DNA of 63,971 nucleotides from a virus. Its lineage: Duplodnaviria > Caudoviricetes. Of the stretch, positions 19,391-29,136 are shown piece by piece (positions within the stretch are counted from its first letter, which is position 1; each line of letters starts with the position of its first letter). A program made the translations under genes and the position numbers. The notes below the pieces were generated by a model. The model saw only the letters and a program-made list of their open reading frames with translations. It was not told where the DNA came from and did not search any database. The stretch covers positions 1 through 63,971 of the IMG/VR virus record IMGVR_UViG_3300032225_001614; one strand, given 5' to 3'.

Positions 19391-20281
19391 ATGGAAAGTT
19401 TAAAGGCAACTCAGTTATCTGATGTACATTTTGCTTCGCAAGAAGAAGTCGTAAGACAAACAAGACAAGAAGAAGAATCTACGCTTGCTATGGATAGTTC
19501 TGTGCAAACAGCAACTACCTATAAAATATTTAAGTTATCTGATACAAATAAGAATGGAAAATACCACATGGAAGGTATCGATGATGTTTTGAATCCTGCT
19601 AAAAATAGGATGGAACGCATTAGACTTTTAAGGGGTTATCCTAGTATTTGGGTAGAAGATCAAAAAGGATTAGAAAAGTCATTTATAGAGTCTAATAGAA
19701 GGAGTTTAATATTTGATAGAAGAATTCTTAGAATTCCTGATTACGATACTACTGCTATTGAATTTTTGGAACTATGTAATGCAAATGTGGATAATCCAAA
19801 TAGAAGAGGAACAAGAAAATTAACTTTTTTCCAATGGAATCCATTAAGACAAGCAGAAGTTGAAAGAGCTAAAAGAGTTGCTAAGATTGAAGCTATTAAA
19901 TTTGCTTCATCTACAAGCGATGAAGATATGCGCAAACATTGTAATTATTTAGGAATATTATTTAATGATGAATTAGGTATGCCTAAATCAAATGAAGCAT
20001 TGAGAAATGATTATGAGTTGTATGCAGAATCTCAGCCAAATAAATTTATGATTAGTGCTGGAAGTAAAGAAGTAGAGGTAGCTTATGCTGTTAAAAAAGC
20101 TATTATTGACAATAAAATAGACCTTAATATAAAAAGAGGATCTGCTTATTGGGCTGGAGATGGTGGATTTATATGTAAAATTCCTTCAACCTCAAGACCA
20201 CAAGATTATTTAGTTGAATTTGCTATGATGCCACAAGATGAAAGTAAAGCCTTTCTTGAGCAATTGAAGAAGTTTAAATAA
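19391..20281 (+). CDS. Head-module protein following the MCP
   Basis: Position matches crAss-like gene order. Confidence 0.6.
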   Translation: MESLKATQLSDVHFASQEEVVRQTRQEEESTLAMDSSVQTATTYKIFKLSDTNKNGKYHMEGIDDVLNPAKNRMERIRLLRGYPSIWVEDQKGLEKSFIESNRRSLIFDRRILRIPDYDTTAIEFLELCNANVDNPNRRGTRKLTFFQWNPLRQAEVERAKRVAKIEAIKFASSTSDEDMRKHCNYLGILFNDELGMPKSNEALRNDYELYAESQPNKFMISAGSKEVEVAYAVKKAIIDNKIDLNIKRGSAYWAGDGGFICKIPSTSRPQDYLVEFAMMPQDESKAFLEQLKKFK

Positions 20282-20304
20282 TATTCCCCCCGAATATATC
20301 AAAG

Positions 20305-20342
20305 AAGTCTGTAGTCCAAAGATTACAGGCTTTTTTATTTTT
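20305..20342 (+). terminator. Rho-independent terminator
   Basis: AAGTCTGTAGTC-CAAA-GATTACAGGCTT stem followed by a T run. Confidence 0.7.
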
Positions 20343-20379
20343 GTTTTTCGTATATTTGTTTTGAATATAATTCATAAAA

Positions 20380-21066
20380 ATGGATATAAACACAATGTAT
20401 CAAATATGCCAATACGCTATTAATAAAGCGCAAAATGGCTATTTTACTCCAGATGAATTTAATTTATTAGCTAATCAGGCGCAAATAAGTTATATGGATT
20501 ATCTTTTAGGGGAATTCCAACAATATCAATATGGCCGACCTCAAGCAAGGGTAAACTATAGTCAAAATAGTGATACAAGACAAAGATTAACTCCATTTAT
20601 TAAGCAAACTACATTAACTATAGATTCCGCAGGTCATAGTAATTATCCTAGTAATTATTTAGAAACAGATGCTATAAGGACAAGTGCAAATGATAGGATT
20701 AGATTTGTGCAGCAGGATAGTCTTTATTCTTATTTAAAGAGTGGCATTGATCCCGTAGCAACAAATCCAATTTATTTATTAGCTAGTATAACTTCAACTT
20801 ATTCTAATGGTGGATTTCAATTTTATCCAATCAATCTTGGAACTGCAATATTAGATTATATAATTATAACTCCAACTATGTTGTGGGCATATACATTAGA
20901 TGGAAACGGCAGACCTGTATATAATGCTGGAGCTAGTATTCAACCACTTTGGTATGATGTTGATAGATTGGAAATAATATCTAGAATATTAAAGTTAGTA
21001 GGGGTTAATTTACAAATAGCACAAGTAGAACAATACGCTAATCAAATAACACAAACAGGCCAATAA
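20380..21066 (+). CDS. Tail tubular/ring (head-tail adaptor) protein
   Basis: INKAQNGYFTPDEFNLLANQAQ pattern and position. Confidence 0.65.
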   Translation: MDINTMYQICQYAINKAQNGYFTPDEFNLLANQAQISYMDYLLGEFQQYQYGRPQARVNYSQNSDTRQRLTPFIKQTTLTIDSAGHSNYPSNYLETDAIRTSANDRIRFVQQDSLYSYLKSGIDPVATNPIYLLASITSTYSNGGFQFYPINLGTAILDYIIITPTMLWAYTLDGNGRPVYNAGASIQPLWYDVDRLEIISRILKLVGVNLQIAQVEQYANQITQTGQ

Positions 21067-21698
21067 TGACTAGATATGTATTTATAGAAAGGATTTTAAG
21101 GCAAATTTATAATGGTCAACCAACTGATGATTCTAGTATAACTTTTAATCAAGTTAACCAATGGCTAAATGATGGTATTGGTGTTGCTGCTAAAAAGAAT
21201 TATACAGATAGTATTCAAATGGATGGTGTGGCTTATGTCAATAATTCATTCTATACTACATTCAAAAACTTGCCAATAGCAGCAGAAACTGTTGATAATT
21301 TAACTTATAGTATTGCATTGCCACAGATTCCTATTGCTTTAGGTACAAATGAAGGAATTTCTACGTTGCAATTTGTCGGTGATAAGAAAACATCTCAAAC
21401 AGCTATTCCTTTAAGCATAAATCAAGTTGCTTATATAGATAACTTAAGACCTATTCAAAATAAAATTCTTTATTGGGTTGAGGGAAAAAGTATTTACGCA
21501 AAAAGTACAATTCCATTAACTTCATACAAAGCAACATTGAGAATGGTAAGTGGTGGAGATTCAAATGATTTACAATCAACATTGATTGTTCCAGATGATT
21601 ATATTCCAATGATAGTTGAATATATTAAAGCGCAACTTGCATTTGAAAGGTCAAGACCGATAGATACTAGTAATGACGGAGTTGATAATAATAATTAA
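21066..21698 (+). CDS. Tail ring/structural protein
   Basis: TAATG-coupled; ring-protein size and position. Confidence 0.55.
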   Translation: MTRYVFIERILRQIYNGQPTDDSSITFNQVNQWLNDGIGVAAKKNYTDSIQMDGVAYVNNSFYTTFKNLPIAAETVDNLTYSIALPQIPIALGTNEGISTLQFVGDKKTSQTAIPLSINQVAYIDNLRPIQNKILYWVEGKSIYAKSTIPLTSYKATLRMVSGGDSNDLQSTLIVPDDYIPMIVEYIKAQLAFERSRPIDTSNDGVDNNN

Positions 21699-21703
21699 CA
21701 TAT

Positions 21704-21976
21704 ATGAAACCACTTAGAGATTTAGTTTTAGTTAAACCATGTCCTTCTCCTGAAATTACAGAAGGCGGATTATATATACCTGAAAATGCAAGAGAAAGAA
21801 GCTCAAAAGCAGAAGTAGTAGAAACTGGTAATGGAACTAGTAAAATTAAAATGGAAGCAAAAAAAGGCGATATTGTGTTTCATATAAAAGGAGCAGGTGA
21901 TTTATTTATAGTAGATAACGAACCTCATTATTTAATTCGTCAGGCAGACATATTATCTTATGTTTCAAATAATTAA
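21704..21976 (+). CDS. groES: Co-chaperonin GroES
   Basis: KPLRDLVLVKP...TEGGLYIP...AEVVETGNG...KKGDIV...LIRQADIL. Confidence 0.92.
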   Translation: MKPLRDLVLVKPCPSPEITEGGLYIPENARERSSKAEVVETGNGTSKIKMEAKKGDIVFHIKGAGDLFIVDNEPHYLIRQADILSYVSNN

Positions 21977-21978
21977 AA

Positions 21979-22752
21979 ATGTCATCTCAAGCAAGAAATT
22001 ACATAACCCTAGATTCAGTCATTAATGATTATATTGATGAAAGTGAACAATCGGTAAGCAAGTATGCCAAGCTATATAATATAGCGTATAGAGGTATGGA
22101 AAAGCTAGGGTTGGATTTTTTTTATAAAATTAGATCTATCAAAATACCAATTGATACTACTAATTATACGGCGCAGCTTCCAAATGATTATATCAGTTAT
22201 ACTAAAATAGGTGTATTAAATTCAAAAGGAGAAATAATTCCATTAAAGTTCAATAATAAGTTGACATTTTTTGCAGACCAATTACCTAATAGACTTGAAT
22301 TAACTCAAGATAATACCTTATCTACTTGGTATCAAAATGATGTACCATTGTTTTATAATTATTGGGATGGATATGGATTTACTAATATTTATGGTATTCC
22401 TTCTGGTTCACCTAATGTTGGTTCGTTTAATATTGATGATGCTAATGGAGTAATTCTATTAAATGAAAATTTCTATTACGATTATATAATGATTGAATAT
22501 TTAGCTTCTGCAAATCCAGAAGAAAAGTATATGATTCCAATTCAATTTAGAGAAGCTCTTATTGCTTGGTTGTCATGGAGAGATATTGCAACTTTACCTA
22601 GTACGAGAAAAGGTAATTTAGGAGATAAAAGAGAAAGAGAAAGAAATTTCTACAATCAAAGAAGATTAGCAAATGCTCAATTTAAACCATTGTATTTGAT
22701 GCAAGCATACGAATGGAATTTAGAAAATCAACGAATGACTGTAAAAGCATAG
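21979..22752 (+). CDS. Tail ring/structural protein
   Basis: LPNDYISYTKIG and IEYLA patterns; position in the tail module. Confidence 0.6.
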   Translation: MSSQARNYITLDSVINDYIDESEQSVSKYAKLYNIAYRGMEKLGLDFFYKIRSIKIPIDTTNYTAQLPNDYISYTKIGVLNSKGEIIPLKFNNKLTFFADQLPNRLELTQDNTLSTWYQNDVPLFYNYWDGYGFTNIYGIPSGSPNVGSFNIDDANGVILLNENFYYDYIMIEYLASANPEEKYMIPIQFREALIAWLSWRDIATLPSTRKGNLGDKRERERNFYNQRRLANAQFKPLYLMQAYEWNLENQRMTVKA

Positions 22753-22758
22753 AAACTA

Positions 22759-25700
22759 ATGCCAATAATAAACAATCCCTTTAATGGTAAATTAAACTTA
22801 GATGTAGCTGATTATCGAATAGATAATGGAGATTACATTGATGCTTTAAATGTTACAAAAGATAGTGAAGGATCCGGGGCAGATAGAGTAGTTGCTAGTA
22901 TATTAGGTAATTATATTTTGCCTTACACTTTGCCGTCAGGGAATAATAAAATTATTGGTTTTCATGGAGATAAAGTAAGAAATAGAGCATACTATTGTTT
23001 ATGGAATAGCAATGGATTTAATAGTATTTTATACTATGATGTAGATAAAGATGTTACAGTAAAAGTATTTGAAAGTAAAACAGATAGTGATGGAATTGAT
23101 ATTTTAAATTTTAATCCATCTTATAAAGTTTTATCTATTAATATTTTTTATAGAGATAATGAAGGAGATTTATTTTATTTTAATGATGGATTAAATCCTC
23201 CTAAATATATCAATGTTAAAGGTAATTATGGAACATCTTGGAAATATGAGTATTTATTAGTTATTAAAGCACCGCCAATTATGCCACCAAAAGTGGTTTA
23301 TGAAAACGATGAAACAATAACTATTAATAATCTTCGCAACTCATTATATCAATTCTCATATAGATATGTTTATGATAATAATGAAAAATCTGTATGGAGT
23401 TCAAAGAGCATAGTTCCATTGCCGCAACAGCCAACACAAAATTTAACTGAAAATACTTTTACATTAAACTCAAGAATTTCAATTTCAGTTTCAACAGGAG
23501 GAGCAGATGTAAAAGGCATAGAAATTGCATTTAGGCAAACAAATAATGGAGTTACTAGTGATTGGTTCTTAATATCATTATTTAATAAAAGTTTGCTTGG
23601 AATTTTAGATAATGATATTTTTACGTTTAAGTTTTATAATGATAGCGTATATTTTCAGCAAGATGTAATAGAAACTACCCAATTACAGGATTATGTTCCT
23701 CAAAAAGCAAATGCAGCAGAATTAGCGAATGGTAACATATTGTTATATGCAGGCATTACTGAAGGATATAATAAAACTGAAATGAATTTAACCACAACGG
23801 TAAATTCTAATAGTGATGGTTTTTATTTTGATTATTGTGGTTTATTGTTTTTTGCTACTTGTAAAGGTAATGATAGCGGAGTTTCTGGCACTATAATGAA
23901 TATTTATCTTTATGGAACAGGAACAAATACATTGGGAAATGTAACTACCCTAGACAACGCAGCAGGTATTTATAATATAAATGTTGTTAACTTAAGCGGA
24001 ACCAATATCGGAATTTCATATACAAATTCCGTAGTTAATCCTTTGGTTTCAACCATTTTAACTGATATAAAAAATTTATTAGTTGCAAATGGATGGATTT
24101 TTGGTTCATTAAATGGGAATGTTTTAACAGTTTCTTATGCAAATGGATTTTTATTGTATTCAAGTGGAGTAAAATATACTACATCAATTGTAGATAATAC
24201 TGTATTTGCAAATGCATGGGACTCTGGTTACCAATATGCAATTCAATATTTTGATGCACAAGGGAGAACTATCGGTGGGCAAACAGATACTCTTGCAGCA
24301 TATAATACACCTGCATCCAATGGAAATAGATTTTGTCAGCCATATATTCAGATAAAAAATAGACCTCCTTTAGAGGCATCTTATTATCAAGTTTTAAGGT
24401 CTAATAATACTACTTATAATAAAAGATTGTTTTGGGTAAGCGAATCAGCATTTGAAGGTATTGCCACTTCTTCTGCAATAGATTTGAAATATGCTTACAT
24501 TGGTATTAGTAATATTAATGCTTATAATTTAGATATTAGCTCTACTGCAAACGTAGTTTCATATACTTATACTGCTGGAGATAGGATTAAATTTTTAAGA
24601 AGATTTGATTCAACGGTTGAGCCATTTTCATTAAAAGTGGTTGATTATGAAATAGTTGGAGTTGAATATACAATAAGACATACAATAACTAATCCACTTG
24701 CTCCTAATTATGATACTTATACAAAAACAGGTGTATTTCTTAAAATAAAATATCCTTATAACGATATAACAGCTCCAACAAATGCAAATGGTTCGTTTTC
24801 TTTTTGTGGATTAGAAGATTTTCAACACTATGAAATATTTTTATACAATTATAAAAATAATGCAACAATAACTCAACGTACATTTTTTGAATTTGGAAAA
24901 TGTTTTGGAATTGGTAATGCTGGTACATATAATGCTTATCATATAGGTCTTGAGCAAACTCAAAGTGCAACAAATCCTAACATACCTGCAATTATATCTT
25001 CAACAAATGGTGATTTATTTTGGAGGAAAAGAGTTGTTTCATTCAATTATGAGTATAGTTTCCAATCGGGAAATGAAAATATCGAATGGCTTAATCAATT
25101 GCTGAATATTAATGTTCCTGCTATTCCTGTAATAAATAATTCTTCATTTCAAATACAATCACAAGTATATTCAGGTAGTCGTGTTATAATTAGCTTAAAT
25201 AACCCATCTGTTTATCCAACATTTTCTGATACTGATCAATTTTTTTATAATAAACTATCTAATAAAAGTCAAAAAATATCATTAAAAGGACAATTTTCTA
25301 TTATTAAAAATACTAGCGGTAGTGTTGTTTTTTCTCTTTATGCTATTGTTTGTGTAAATAAAATTCCATTTTCTCCAAAATATTATTTATCAATTTTAGA
25401 TAATGAATTTACTACCATACAATCTGGAACTACAGTAAATTTTAATCTTGATAAGGTTATAGATCTTCCTCCTAATAGTAAGATGTGGATTGTTACAAAT
25501 ATTTCTGGTTACAATGATTTACAAATGACTGGGTTTTTATTAAATACAATAGTATATAAGAACGCTGAAATAGAAATTATAGAACCTAGTTTTAATGATA
25601 CATATAATTTAGTTACAAATAGCAATGGTAGGCCTTCTGTTGTAGATGAAAATGCTGCTCAAGTTTATTATCCAACAATGATAAGATTTGGACAGGCTTA

Positions 25701-26604
25701 TCAAGCCAATACTAATTTAAATAATATTAATAGATTTTACTTTGAAAATCTTGATGAATATGATAGAAGTTTTGGAGATGTAATAAGATTGCATGTTCGA
25801 GATAGGTACTTAAAAGTTTATCAAAAGTTCAAAGTTGGTAATGTTCCAATTTTAACTCAAATTATTAAGGATAGCGCAAATAATCCATTACAGGCTAATA
25901 CTGACCAATTAATTAATAAGATTCAATATTACGCCGGTGATTATGGAATTGGTGATGCTGGAACGAGCTTAGCTTGGAATAATTTTTCCGACTATTTCGT
26001 AGATAACTATAGAGGGGTAGTATGTAGATTAAGTCAAGATGGAATTACTCCATTAAGTATTATTTATAATACAAATGCATTTTTTACAGCCAAACTACCT
26101 TCATATAGACAAGAGTTAAACAATGGTGTTTATAGTTCTACTGGTAATCCTTGCATTTATGGTGTATTTGATGCTTATACTAATAAGTATATCATTGCAA
26201 TGGAAGAAATAAATAGATATTCTGATTGCGTGTTTAGCGGCGGAGTTTGTCATTTAGTTGCCGTAATTCCGACAACTACAACAACCACAACCACAACTAC
26301 AACTCTTGCTCCAAGGATAAATAATTGTATTAATCCACAATTAAATAATGAAACAATAGGAGTGCAGGTATTTGTAAGATTAACAGCTTCTTATACATTG
26401 ACATCAACTGTAACTGTAAATGTTACTGTTGTAACTCAATACGCATCTTATCCTGAGTATAATGTGTGTCCAAATGGAACAATTACAAGTAATCATAAAT
26501 TTGTATTTACTTCAGGTAATGCAGATGAAAGTGCATATTTAGTAGTAATAAATTCTATTTCTCCATCAAGCGATTCAACATATAATTACATAAATTGCAT
26601 ATAA
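22759..26604 (+). CDS. Tail stabilisation/muzzle protein, N-terminal part, ending in poly-Thr and a ~100-aa extra domain
   Basis: GKLNLD..., DGLNPPKYIN, FSYRYVYDNNEKS, YAGDYGI and GVVCRLSQDGITPLS motifs. Confidence 0.8.
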   Translation: MPIINNPFNGKLNLDVADYRIDNGDYIDALNVTKDSEGSGADRVVASILGNYILPYTLPSGNNKIIGFHGDKVRNRAYYCLWNSNGFNSILYYDVDKDVTVKVFESKTDSDGIDILNFNPSYKVLSINIFYRDNEGDLFYFNDGLNPPKYINVKGNYGTSWKYEYLLVIKAPPIMPPKVVYENDETITINNLRNSLYQFSYRYVYDNNEKSVWSSKSIVPLPQQPTQNLTENTFTLNSRISISVSTGGADVKGIEIAFRQTNNGVTSDWFLISLFNKSLLGILDNDIFTFKFYNDSVYFQQDVIETTQLQDYVPQKANAAELANGNILLYAGITEGYNKTEMNLTTTVNSNSDGFYFDYCGLLFFATCKGNDSGVSGTIMNIYLYGTGTNTLGNVTTLDNAAGIYNINVVNLSGTNIGISYTNSVVNPLVSTILTDIKNLLVANGWIFGSLNGNVLTVSYANGFLLYSSGVKYTTSIVDNTVFANAWDSGYQYAIQYFDAQGRTIGGQTDTLAAYNTPASNGNRFCQPYIQIKNRPPLEASYYQVLRSNNTTYNKRLFWVSESAFEGIATSSAIDLKYAYIGISNINAYNLDISSTANVVSYTYTAGDRIKFLRRFDSTVEPFSLKVVDYEIVGVEYTIRHTITNPLAPNYDTYTKTGVFLKIKYPYNDITAPTNANGSFSFCGLEDFQHYEIFLYNYKNNATITQRTFFEFGKCFGIGNAGTYNAYHIGLEQTQSATNPNIPAIISSTNGDLFWRKRVVSFNYEYSFQSGNENIEWLNQLLNINVPAIPVINNSSFQIQSQVYSGSRVIISLNNPSVYPTFSDTDQFFYNKLSNKSQKISLKGQFSIIKNTSGSVVFSLYAIVCVNKIPFSPKYYLSILDNEFTTIQSGTTVNFNLDKVIDLPPNSKMWIVTNISGYNDLQMTGFLLNTIVYKNAEIEIIEPSFNDTYNLVTNSNGRPSVVDENAAQVYYPTMIRFGQAYQANTNLNNINRFYFENLDEYDRSFGDVIRLHVRDRYLKVYQKFKVGNVPILTQIIKDSANNPLQANTDQLINKIQYYAGDYGIGDAGTSLAWNNFSDYFVDNYRGVVCRLSQDGITPLSIIYNTNAFFTAKLPSYRQELNNGVYSSTGNPCIYGVFDAYTNKYIIAMEEINRYSDCVFSGGVCHLVAVIPTTTTTTTTTTTLAPRINNCINPQLNNETIGVQVFVRLTASYTLTSTVTVNVTVVTQYASYPEYNVCPNGTITSNHKFVFTSGNADESAYLVVINSISPSSDSTYNYINCI

Positions 26605-27447
26605 ATGAGAGATATATTTGTAAAATTAAATTCAGGGCAAGGAGCTAGTTTAGGACCAGACTTTACATTAACAACAAATAATGGTGCCATTACTCCAAGT
26701 GCATCTACTTTGTCCGAACTTTTAATTGGTAGAAATTTTATTGTTGACGATTTGTGTACTAATGTTACTATTACTTCAGTTGGAACTTGTACTAATTCAT
26801 TGACTTTAAATATTGATCCGATTCCATTAACAACAACTACTACATCAACTACAACTACAACATCGACAACTACTACTACATCAACCACAACAAATGCATA
26901 TAATTTTTACAATGTAGAGGTTTATGATTGTTCAATATTAAATAGTTGTAGCAGTCCTATTTCTTATACAATAGTTAAATCTCCATTATCTTCACCTTTA
27001 ACTATTGGTAATTATTATAATATTTCAAGTAATTCTATTTGGTATAAAATAATTTCATCAGCACTTCCGCAGGTGGCTATTGATTTAGTAGGAGCAATTT
27101 CATCTATGTCTTGCCCTTGTACTGGAACTACAACTACCACAACAACTTTATCGCCTTTAACAACTAATTGTATAACTCCTACATTAAATTCGGAAATAGT
27201 TGGAACAGAGATTTTTGTACTTCTTAGTGCTTATTTTGCATTGACATCTAATCAAACTGTTAACGTAACAGTTACAACTCAATATCGTACTTATACTCAA
27301 AATAATGTATTTAATACAGGAAATATTAATCAAAACTTTAAATATCCATACACTTCAGGAAATCCTGATGAAGCTGCATCTTTAGTTGTTATAAATTCTA
27401 TTGCTCCTGGATATGATTTAAATTATAATTATTCAACCTGTATATAA
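26605..27447 (+). CDS. Thr-rich modular virion protein inserted in the muzzle locus
   Basis: Two poly-Thr linkers; C-terminal domain paralogous to the end of 22759-26604. Confidence 0.7.
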   Translation: MRDIFVKLNSGQGASLGPDFTLTTNNGAITPSASTLSELLIGRNFIVDDLCTNVTITSVGTCTNSLTLNIDPIPLTTTTTSTTTTTSTTTTTSTTTNAYNFYNVEVYDCSILNSCSSPISYTIVKSPLSSPLTIGNYYNISSNSIWYKIISSALPQVAIDLVGAISSMSCPCTGTTTTTTTLSPLTTNCITPTLNSEIVGTEIFVLLSAYFALTSNQTVNVTVTTQYRTYTQNNVFNTGNINQNFKYPYTSGNPDEAASLVVINSIAPGYDLNYNYSTCI

Positions 27448-27989
27448 TGAGTTTAATATTTCATCAAGATCCATATACAATATCCTTTGACGAGGAAAAA
27501 AACTCTTTTGAGTCATTTTATTCTTATCATCCAGAAATGATGGGTAGCCTTAATATAACACTATTTTCATTTTTAAACGGCGGCGCATGGGAGCATAAGT
27601 CTACTGTTTATTGTAATTTTTATGGAGTTCAATATCCTGCAAGTATAACAACTGTATTTAATTCAGCAAGCTTAGATAAAAAGACATGGATTTCAGTAAT
27701 GGAAACAGGTAATACTATTTGGGAATGCCCAATTATCTATACTCAAATGAATAGCTATAGCTCTGTAAGGCAGGAAAGCTTATTAAAAAGCTATGATTTT
27801 AATACATTAGAATCTGAATATCATGCTTCATTTTTAAGAGATACTAATAGTCAAGGAGGGTTATTGCAAGGTATTCAATTGAAAGGAGGGTATATGGTCA
27901 TAAAATTTGAAAAAGCAAATGCTAATACTTTCGTATATTTGAACAGCGCAAGTGTTAAATACATTAATTCACCTTTGAATAATAGATGA
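27447..27989 (+). CDS. Tail stabilisation/muzzle protein, C-terminal part
   Basis: YTISFDE...FESFYSYHPE...NFYGVQY...ITTVFN...LKGGY, a pattern I recall at the C-terminus of single-chain homologues. Confidence 0.65.
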   Translation: MSLIFHQDPYTISFDEEKNSFESFYSYHPEMMGSLNITLFSFLNGGAWEHKSTVYCNFYGVQYPASITTVFNSASLDKKTWISVMETGNTIWECPIIYTQMNSYSSVRQESLLKSYDFNTLESEYHASFLRDTNSQGGLLQGIQLKGGYMVIKFEKANANTFVYLNSASVKYINSPLNNR

Positions 27990-28411
27990 TAGATTACAAC
28001 TTAATATTATACGCATTTGAAGAGGATGATGAAATAAGTAAATATTGTGATCCAGAAGATGAACACAAATCAATTAAAAATTTAGTTGATAGTATTTATG
28101 AAAAACTATTGGATTATAATCAATTTGGAAATTGTTCTTTTAATGAATTGAAGATTGGAAATGAAGTAATCGGCTTTTATTTTTGTTATAAAAACATATT
28201 AGTTAGTTTCGGAATTAATAAGAACCACAGAACAAAAGAAAAATTGATTGAAGTTTTTAATATAATTAAAGACAAATTTGGCGGAGAGTTTGAATCTTAT
28301 ATGTGGGAAAGGAATGAAAGGGCTATAAATTGGCTAAAGAAATGTGGAATGGAAGAGGAGGAATTTAAAGTAGATAAAGTTAAAAAATTAAAATATACAT
28401 TATGCCAGTAA
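27986..28411 (+). CDS. GNAT-fold protein (T7 gp13-like position)
   Basis: IGFYF...SFGINKNHR...NERAINWLKKCG motifs; precedes the ejection genes. Confidence 0.65.
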   Translation: MIDYNLILYAFEEDDEISKYCDPEDEHKSIKNLVDSIYEKLLDYNQFGNCSFNELKIGNEVIGFYFCYKNILVSFGINKNHRTKEKLIEVFNIIKDKFGGEFESYMWERNERAINWLKKCGMEEEEFKVDKVKKLKYTLCQ

Positions 28412-29124
28412 CAATAGGTTTAGTAGCTTCAGGAGTGCAATTGGCAACTGGATTAGGCCAAACTTTATCTAGTGGAAGAGGAAAAGCGGAAAGGGATTTT
28501 GAAGCGCAAGCTAGAAATAATCCATTAGCCCAAGAAAGTAAATCTTTAAATGATTACTATCAACAAGCTAGAGGTCGTTATGAGCAAAACCCTTATCAAT
28601 CTCAACAATATCAAATAGGAGCAAATAATATTATGAGGTCAACTGCTCAAGGAATTGCTGCTCTTCAAAGCAGAGGTGCTGCTATTGGAGGTGTAGGAAA
28701 GTTAGCAGGAATACAACAAAATCAATTAGGAAATTTAGGCGCATCTGCTGAAGCGCAAAGAAATGCTTCTTTTGGTCAATATGGACAAGCGGCTCAAATG
28801 AAAACAGCCCAAGATAAATATCTTTTTGATGTAAATCAAATGACTCCTTATAATAGAATGCTGCAAGTAAAGCAAATGAAAGCTCAAGCAGCAAATGATA
28901 GAGCAAATGCAGGTATGCAAATGGTTGGTAGTGCTTTAGGTAATGCTGCTAATATTGGAATGGCTAGTGCTTACGCTAATCCAACTATTAAACCTCCTGT
29001 AGATTACCAATCTATAAATCAAAATAAATTAAATACATTTATATCAAATAGAGGTGCCGTAAATCAGGCTCCTGATTTTTCTGCATATCGATTATCAGGT
29101 CGCACACCCTATCTAGGACAATAA
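28402..29124 (+). CDS. Internal virion/ejection protein
   Basis: Gly/Ala/Gln-rich with hydrophobic N-terminus, like T7 gp14 / P22 gp7. Confidence 0.6.
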   Translation: MPVTIGLVASGVQLATGLGQTLSSGRGKAERDFEAQARNNPLAQESKSLNDYYQQARGRYEQNPYQSQQYQIGANNIMRSTAQGIAALQSRGAAIGGVGKLAGIQQNQLGNLGASAEAQRNASFGQYGQAAQMKTAQDKYLFDVNQMTPYNRMLQVKQMKAQAANDRANAGMQMVGSALGNAANIGMASAYANPTIKPPVDYQSINQNKLNTFISNRGAVNQAPDFSAYRLSGRTPYLGQ

Positions 29125-29136
29125 GAAAATAATAAA

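Noticed and set aside
26586-26888. Val-rich antisense ORF
   Set aside because: Reverse complement of poly-Thr codons.
26230-27446. Group I/II intron or intein in the muzzle gene
   Set aside because: The insert is fully protein-coding Thr-rich sequence, with no homing endonuclease, RT, intein terminal motifs or evident intron core.
26269-27447. Diversity-generating retroelement TR/VR pair
   Set aside because: The paralogous domains differ at all base types, not only adenines, and no reverse transcriptase is present.
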